A stretch of DNA of 63,670 bases, the filler included, from Bigelowiella natans CCMP2755 (lineage: Eukaryota > Protista > Cercozoa), in the NCBI GenBank assembly GCA_000320545.1. It is 4 parts of 4 records of this genome, joined end to end, with 100 filler letters (N's around TTAATTAATTAA, not from the genome) between each part and the next. Parts side by side here need not be neighbours in the genome. Positions count along the whole stretch, not along the records: positions 35,980 to 61,478 come from ADNK01000316.1; positions 61,579 to 63,670 come from ADNK01000993.1; 2 more parts are not named here. One strand, 5' to 3'. The notes beneath the pieces were generated by a model. The model was not told the origin of the DNA. It did not search any database and was given only the letters and a program-made list of their open reading frames with translations. This document shows, piece after piece, positions 56,210 to 63,670 of this stretch (positions are counted from its first letter, which is position 1; each line of letters opens with the position of its first letter). A program made the translations under genes and the position numbers.

Positions 56210-59200
56210 TGTGTTAATGTTTGTTTGCCTCTTTGATTCGTTTAATTTAAAATTAGCTACTAGCTTATCACCACCACCACCACCACCACCACCTTTCTTA
56301 TCCTTCCATCTTCATCTAATGACAGGATGACCAGTTTCGGAAGCTGCTGAGTACCGTAGCGCCTGTCGTGACTGCGAGTGTTGCTCGGGATAGGAAAGAG
56401 GCGGAGAAGATGAAGGGAAACGCAACACAGAAGAACAGAAACCTCTTCGGGTTCATTTTTGAGGTATGTATGTATGTATGTATGTATGCATGTATGCGTG
56501 TATGTCTCTTTCTCTGTGTGTGTACGCGCGCGCGCGCATTGGAAAATTAAGGAGTAGAATCTAGCCGAGAAGCACTCCTCCACGAACATTGTCACGACGA
56601 CGTCCGTCTATAACAGCTATAGGTGGTGCTTATGATTAATAATGGTGCGATAGGTTATCCATAACGGTGGCGGAGGGTTGCGCCCGTTACAGCAGCATCA
56701 GAGGCAAAAGAGGCGGTTAATAGTGAATGACGCGGTGGCGCCCCCGGCCTTGCTACCACTGGCGCAAACTGACCCTGAAGTTATGAACATGTGGCTGGTA
56801 TCTGATCCTTGAACGTAGTCAATGATAGCGTCGTCCATCCTCACTGTTGTTCTATACGTGTTTGACGTGTGCGAACAGCCATCACCGTAGCTATGCATCT
56901 AGTAGCTAATGGTGGTATTGAACGTGGTGCCTCCGCGACCTCACGTAGTAGCCATATGCTTCTATCCCTTCCCCCTTCCCCCCCTCCCTCTCCCACCTTA
57001 AAAACGTAAACTTGGGTATGACAAACGTACACGCGTAGGGTATATCGTTGGGAAAGTACCTCGTACGTACGCGCCTGAAGACCCCCATCGGCGGGCCACT
57101 TCCCAGCCTCAGTATCTTTGAAAGTACCTTGCCGCCCATACACAAGCGATTCTCACATCGACAGCCACAGGAGGAGCAGCAGGAGGAGAGAGCGGGGCTC
57201 AGGGAGCAAGAGAAGCTGCTGTACCAGGAGAGAAACCACCAACTCCTCCGCCTCCTCCTGAGAAAAGGGAGAGTCGTTCCTGGTTTGGGGGGGAGAGTGG
57301 TGGATTGTTGCATATCAGCAGCAGCGAGACTGTGAGGCGCGGACGAACGCTTCTCCAGATGCTGGAGGTAGTGGAGAAGCTTATGGGCATTGCCGATGAT
57401 GGCAGCTTCGGTACGCCCTCTCCCTATTTACGCGGCAGAGGCGAAGAGGAGGAAGAGGAGTCCAGGTAGGTATATAGCAGGTGCCTTTCTATTGATACCC
57501 ATCCTCATTTCCTCCCTCCCCTCTCCCCCCCCTCTCTAGGACGACGGTGGCGTTTTTCCGTGCGAACGCACGCGTGGTCAAGAGCGTGCTCGCTCGTGCG
57601 CACGTGAAGGCCGTGGGTTTCAGCTACCTGCTCGGCTGCCCGCACGCGTTGGCGATCTACGGGCCAAAATTGCTACATTATCTCACCGGAAAGCTCAGGG
57701 AATTACAGCCGCATATTGCAGCTCGTAAGTGCTGCGGATAAACCGAATAAATGCATGCGAATGATATCCACATCACAAAAGAGTAGATTCGAAAAACGCG
57801 ATATAAAGGAAAGGGCGAAGGGAAAGGGAGGGAGGGGGAGTTGACTTACACATGTGTGCACGTGCATTGAGCAGCTAGCCCTTCCATTCCTTCCATCGCC
57901 GCCCCCTGAATTCGTATCTTGAGCGCGGCTGCCTTGTGTGCGTACTGTGCTGCTGCGTGTGTACAATAAGAAGACGACAGAGGAAATCAGAGATCCGGAA
58001 GAGCCGCTCCCAACGCCATGGCAGTTACAGCAGCAAAGGTTCAGCATGCCCGGCTGTTGCAGGCTTTTCAGAAGGCCAAAGTCGCCGTATGCTGGTAACA
58101 CTAGAATAGAAAGAATTAGGAGGAGGAGGAGGAGGAGCAGGAGGCGGCGGCGCTGTGATGACCGCTTCCGAGTGGAAGGAGAGAGGCAGAGGCAGAGAGG
58201 TCATCATGTTAACTCATCGCCTTGTGTTTCTGGTTTTGTGTTGGTGGTATGGATGTATGCAGGGGCCTTCGTGAGCTGCGACTCAGCGACGCACTCATGT
58301 CTTTGCACACGATGCGGCGGTATTCTGTCCGCTCCTACGTTAGAAGAGATCATTGGGTAGAGGGTAATCTATGTAGGATCACAGCAGAGAAGGAGGAGGA
58401 AGAGGAGGAGGAGGAGGAGGAGGAGGAGCTCATGTCGTCGTTCCCACTGCTTTCCTCACTTAAAGCCCATTTGAAGGCACTCACGGCCACTGCTACCTCG
58501 GGAAGAAGTGATAGCAAAGAGGGTGCTCATCATGACAAGGCTGCTCTCCCCGCGGTTTCCTCCCACGCCCCCCCCTCCTCTTTCTCCGCACCTCCGTCCA
58601 CCCTCCCCCGAATCGAGGATAGCGGCGAAGGTCCTCCGCCGGCGCCGTCCTCGTCAACCGCTACTACGTCGTGGGTGCTAGGCTGCTGGCGACAGTCGCG
58701 AGGAGAATACGGTGCTGCTCTGGCGCTTTACGCGGCTGGCGGTGCACGGGCCCTTCAACAGCTAGCCGCTGGGCTGCTGAAAAACAGTGGTGGTGGTAGT
58801 AGTAAAAAGAAGAAGAGGAAGAACAGCAGGGATGGGCCAGCAGCAGGTATAACCGCAGTAGCAGCGACCATGGTAGGCTCAGAGCTGCGGACGTGCCTCG
58901 AGGGTGTGAGCGAGTGCTTAATCGGCATGGGGCGGTGGGACGAATTGTCGGCGCTCCATCGCCTCATGGGCGAGGCAGCTGTTGAGGCCGATGATGGTGG
59001 CAATAAGAACGGCCGTGATGGCGGGGGAGGGGATGAGAAGAAGAACATCCCCTCTGCTGCTCGGGCTGGTGGTGGTACTGCGGCGACTGGTAGCGAAATA
59101 GGTTTCGCCATTGCTGGTGTGCTCCGACAGGCCACCGCATTTTCCGTGGTTGACCCTTGCTATCTCGAAGGAATGCGCTCGTTCGACCTAGCCATGCAGC

Positions 59201-61578
59201 AACACCAGCGGCAACAACAGGAACCGTTCCTCTTGGCAGCCGCCACAAGCCTGAAAAGCTTTGTAGGCGATGATAGCCACGCCTTAGGAGGGATTTCCTC
59301 CTTGATTGCGTCAGCTACAGCATCACCGTCGGCGCCGCTGCAGCCTCAACGACGCCCGATTAGCGAGCGGCTTTTGAGGTGCGCCGAGAGCCTCACCCTC
59401 CTCGCCTGCTGCGAGTTGCTGAAGCTGCACGGGGGGGGGGAGAAGGAAGAGCTCGGCGGGATACCGAGAACACCGGGTGGACTTTTGCTGTCTCAACGAC
59501 GAACACAGCAGCGAAACGGTGGTGGCGAGGAGCTCGGCACCGTCGTCACAATGCAGCCGTTGTCGTCGTCGTCGTCGTCGTCGAAGCAATGGCGTTCTGG
59601 TTGTAACCCATTCAGGTTCCTCACTGGCGCAGAGAGGCTACTGGAGAGAATGGGGGGCAGCGGGTGGCTGCTTCCAGGGCGTCTTGGCGATTTTACGCAG
59701 GGAAAGATGCTGGGACTCTGTATTCGTGCAAGTGTGGAGGCGGTCAAGGAAGCGGCACGCGTCGTGATGGAAAATGATGATGATGATGATAATTGTCAGA
59801 CCCAGGATAGAGCTCGGGGTATGATTTGTCTCTACATATCCCCCTCTCAATGTCTATCTGTCTGTCTGTTTGTGTGTGTGTGTGTGTGAATACGGTAGTA
59901 AAGATGATGATGATGATGATGATGATGATGAAAGTGTGGTCCCTTGATGATGATGCGAAGGAGCATTTATAAATCACCAACGTCTAAATCCAGCAGCGTT
60001 TTCTCAAGCAGCGAAAATCCCATCCTTCTCCTCCTCCTCCTCCTCCTCCTCCTCCTCCTCCTCCACCTTTTCTGCGGATACTAATCCCCAATACTACTAC
60101 CTACTGCTACTGTGTAGGGTGGGAAAAGGCGAATCGCCGTTTGCGGCCGTTTCTCTACCATACCCGTCCTTCAAAGGAGGAAGGGGAGGCTGCACAGGGG
60201 ACGGGAGATAAGAGCGACGGAGACGAGTGCCGACGCCGCCTCCTCCTTTTCAATCCCCCCCCTCTGCATATGCGGGAGAGACTCGCCGCTCTCAGGGTGC
60301 ACAAGGCAATTCAGTCGGTGAGGAGGCGATTTGCAGCAACGCGAGGAAAATCGGGAGATGTAGCAAGACCAGCTTCGGCAGCATCTTTGTCATCGCTATC
60401 ACGGCCTTCATCATCACAATGGGCCGACGCCAACGACGCAGCAATAATGTCTATGCTCCTCCTCCTTCCTCCTTCCCCGCAGAGAGACTTCGGGACGTTC
60501 TCTTCCCTTTCCTCGGCATCAGCATCAGCTGCAGCTGCGGCCATCCCCCCACCTCCCTGCCCACCTGGCGGCACGGCCTCTCCTCCTTCGTCGCGGAAGT
60601 GGCTACGGTGGGAGTCGCGGTACGGCGACTGGTGTCGGCAGCTGGCTGATCGTCTCTCCGCTATCCACCCCCCTCCCCTGTCTCCGCTGCTAGGAATGTC
60701 GGACGAAACAAGCGACCGGCTGGGACAAAGGGGGGTTGTTACGGAAGAAACGAAAAGAAGCCAGCAGCAGCAGCAGCAGCAGCAGCAGAAGGAGAGAGTC
60801 GGCGAGCACGTAGACAGTAGTAGCGATGGCGCAGGGATGACGACACCAGGGCTCGAAGCCGTCCTGCCTAATACCACAGCCGCCCACTCGCTCGGGGCTC
60901 AGCTCGATCGGCTTATCTCCCAGGACTTCAGCCTTGAGCAGAGCTGCTTACTCCTCGCGGATATCGCATTTATTACTGAGCGTCGTAATGTCCAGCGAGG
61001 GAACAGTGATGATGCCCCTACCAGCAGCAATTCTAGCGAGACGAGCAACCATGGCCAACATCGCAGCAAGAGGGGGGGGGGAGGCAATAAGAAGGCTCCG
61101 TGGCTGTTGTCGGATAGTATTGGGGGGGGGAGGAGGAGCGGTGACGGCGGTTGCTTTCCCGCACCGAAGGCGTTGGAGGCCGGGAAAGCGATACTCATCT
61201 CATGGGTTAAAGAATAAGAATATTTTAATAGAATGGAGAGGGAAGGGCTCCTTTTTTCTTCTTCTCCCCCCCCCCCGCCAACCCGCCGTTTGCGGCGGCG
61301 GTGGTTTTTTTGCCGCCGGGGGGGGCTGCTGGTACCACGGAGGGGGGGGATGCAATATATGTGACTAAAAACCGGAGATCACTTCTCCCAATTTTCGCAT
61401 ATTCAAAGCTCTCGAACAACGAACAAAAAACTTCCTGGTTCAAAAAAGGGTATGCATACCGTCCACCTCTAAGGGCAGNNNNNNNNNNNNNNNNNNNNNN
61501 NNNNNNNNNNNNNNNNNNNNNNTTAATTAATTAANNNNNNNNNNNNNNNNNNNNNNNNNNNNNNNNNNNNNNNNNNNN

Positions 61579-61658
<80 letters not shown>

Positions 61659-62503
61659 GAAAAAAGCCTTTGCGAGCCTTTCTTTCCCCCTACCATTCAA
61701 TTGTGTGTGATGACGTACGTGTAAAAGGGTTCCCGGAACCCAAGCAGTATACCACCCAGTCTCCTTCTCTTGGATCGCTGGTAGTATGTACCAAGTGTGT
61801 TTTATGAACAAGCAGTTCCATGCTAGTAGCGAACAACGAGGGGGCAGCGGGAATCTCCGGCTCACTCGCGATTTCACGTGCCAATATCGTGCTGTCCGGT
61901 TTCGAGATATGACGTCGCTTGCAACTGCTTTCTTCATTCCGATGCATAAAGCATTTGCGTCCCCCCCCCCCCCCCCGCCCGGGGGGATTGGACGGGGCGT
62001 ATCGAGGGTGAACAATTCGGAAAGGGAGCACCCGTAAATTCCTAGCAGTAGCAGTAGTAGTAGAAGAAGAAGAAAAAAAAAAAAAAAAGGAAGTTGCGGA
62101 AGAAAAATGCGCGATGTTGCTTCATAAAAAAACTCTCTCTGATAACAGTGCCTTGAATTTGGAGCTGAACCAACGTGTCTGCAAGCCCTTATGCATCGAT
62201 CCCAGGGAGATAACCATAGGGGCTATTCGGGGCTATTCTATAACTGCTGCTGCTGCTGCTGCGGCTGTCTGGATTCCAGCAATTTATATTATGTACAGAT
62301 AAATGGCGATGATCGAGTGTCCTCACACGTGTTTTCCTTGTTCATTCAACCATATCCCCCCCCCCCTCAAGAGGATCCATCCTGAAAAAGTTTTTTGTTT
62401 GGCTGTTTGTTTGTTTGTGGGGGGGGGGGGGGGGGGGGGGGTTCATAGGGGATGTACCCCCCATTGAAGACATTCATATTGCTCGCGGGAGTATTATGAG
62501 TAC

Positions 62504-62544
<41 letters not shown>

Positions 62545-62910
62545 ATCACATTTTTATTTATCTATTTATTATTTCCATCTGTGTGTTTTGCCTTCTATTA
62601 CATGGACGTGTGAGCATTACCATTGCTAGCATTGAATAGCCTTGCTAATTTAGCTAGAGCATCCATCGTTTAAGGGGGCTCTAGGCGAATCGTCCTGGTA
62701 GGATGGGTCGTCGTGCGGTGGTGGGGGGGGATAGGGGTAAGGATGAATTTGAGAGGCGCGTACTCATATTGATGATGATGATGATGAGGAGGAGGAGGAG
62801 GAGGAGGAGTAGGAGAAAGAAAGAGGAGAGCAGCATCTATGCCTGCGCTGCCGATCGATCTTATGATGAAATAAATAGCCACTAAATCGTCAAAGGGTCA
62901 TCCATCAGCA

Positions 62911-62944
<34 letters not shown>

Positions 62945-63256
62945 CAGGTGGAGACGCAAGCTGGGATTGCTTGAGGCCTTCCTCTTCTGCTTCATCGGTG
63001 TCGTTGAGAAATCCCCCCCTCCCTGCCCTTCTTTCAATGAGGAAGAGGCGATGATGATGAATAGGGAATGGATGATTTGATGATGGCGGTGCTTGCATAT
63101 CGATGGTGTTAGTGTGCGGAGGTGCTCTCTCTTGAGACTTCTCTCTCTGTTGTTGTTTCTGCTTGTTGATACTTCTCTCATTCTTCTCGGTGCTGCTGGA
63201 ATGGCGCAGGGAACATGAGTCGCTGGCGACGGGTGCGTTGGCTAATCTCTAAACGC

Positions 63257-63289
<33 letters not shown>

Positions 63290-63670
63290 CAAAAGAAGAA
63301 GAAGAAGAAGAAGAAGAAAACATCGTAGGAGGAGGAGATAGAACATAGAGCAATGCTACCATTGTTCCGCCCAAAGACTTTGAGGAGAGTGTGTGCATCA
63401 TGTAACCGTTATCATTTGCTGTTGCCGGTGTTTGTCCCTGCCTTGTTGGATTTGGATCAGCTTCATCTTCCGTCCTCCAACGCTGTCTGGACCCCGCGCG
63501 CAGTAGCTAGAATGTAGGCGCTACATACTGCCCCCGTTATCATCAAGACATACATGAATCTTGGACGTTGGGGGGGGGGGGGGAGGGGGGGAGAAAATTG
63601 AGTGTGGAGAGAAAGAAGACGAAACAGAAAAGAGAGAGGAGGGGGGGGGGGGGGGGGGGGTTCGGACGTC
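51093..63670 (+). CDS. SMG1: PIKK-family NMD kinase SMG1, N-terminal HEAT/TPR region; continues past the gap and the window end
   Basis: YLVRTRLKTPIGGPLPSLSIFE (cf. LSKLRTPLG), LLQMLEVVEKLM (cf. LLQYLENLEKLM), FFRANARVV (cf. FFYTNRQTC), CRGLREL, WVLGCWRQSRGEY and SECLIGMGRWDEL occur in SMG1 order. The kinase domain is not visible, and exons after 61578 are tentative. Confidence 0.78.
61479..61578. other. Assembly gap with spacer
   Basis: N44-TTAATTAATTAA-N44; the ~250 nt before it look like low-quality read end. Confidence 0.97.

Noticed and set aside
61200-61478. Apparent stop or truncation of SMG1 at 61217
   Set aside because: The sequence next to the gap shows homopolymer inflation typical of low-quality read ends, so it is not evidence of pseudogenisation.

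Overview
Gene-dense, intron-rich eukaryotic genomic DNA from a draft assembly, with three 100-nt gaps each carrying a TTAATTAATTAA spacer. It is probably a protist with a secondary plastid: one gene has a signal-plus-transit-peptide leader, and a chlorarachniophyte such as Bigelowiella is my inference, not something the sequence proves. Splicing exons by hand gives about 14 genes: MAU2-like (-), a 2OG-Fe(II) oxygenase fused to a ubiquitin E2 (+), a NIF/FCP1-type CTD phosphatase (-), two hypothetical proteins, a large extracellular repeat/LamG/fibrinogen-like protein (+), a plastid-targeted SufS homologue (+), two divergent 7TM-like paralogues, the 3' end of XPD/ERCC2 (-), MRD1/RBM19 (-), an AMPK/MARK-type kinase fused to a BLUF domain (+), a SUFU-domain gene (-) and the 5' part of SMG1 (+). 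There is also a decayed LINE-like relic. The best leads are (1) the kinase-BLUF fusion, a candidate blue-light-regulated Ser/Thr kinase; (2) an intact SufS gene that lacks the PLP lysine, the catalytic cysteine and the PLP-stacking histidine, so probably a pseudo-enzyme; (3) the oxygenase-E2 fusion; and (4) TAGCTA/CATG/TGCA-rich islands found at convergent gene junctions but not divergent ones. All gene models and family assignments come from reading the sequence and recalled motifs; no searches were run.
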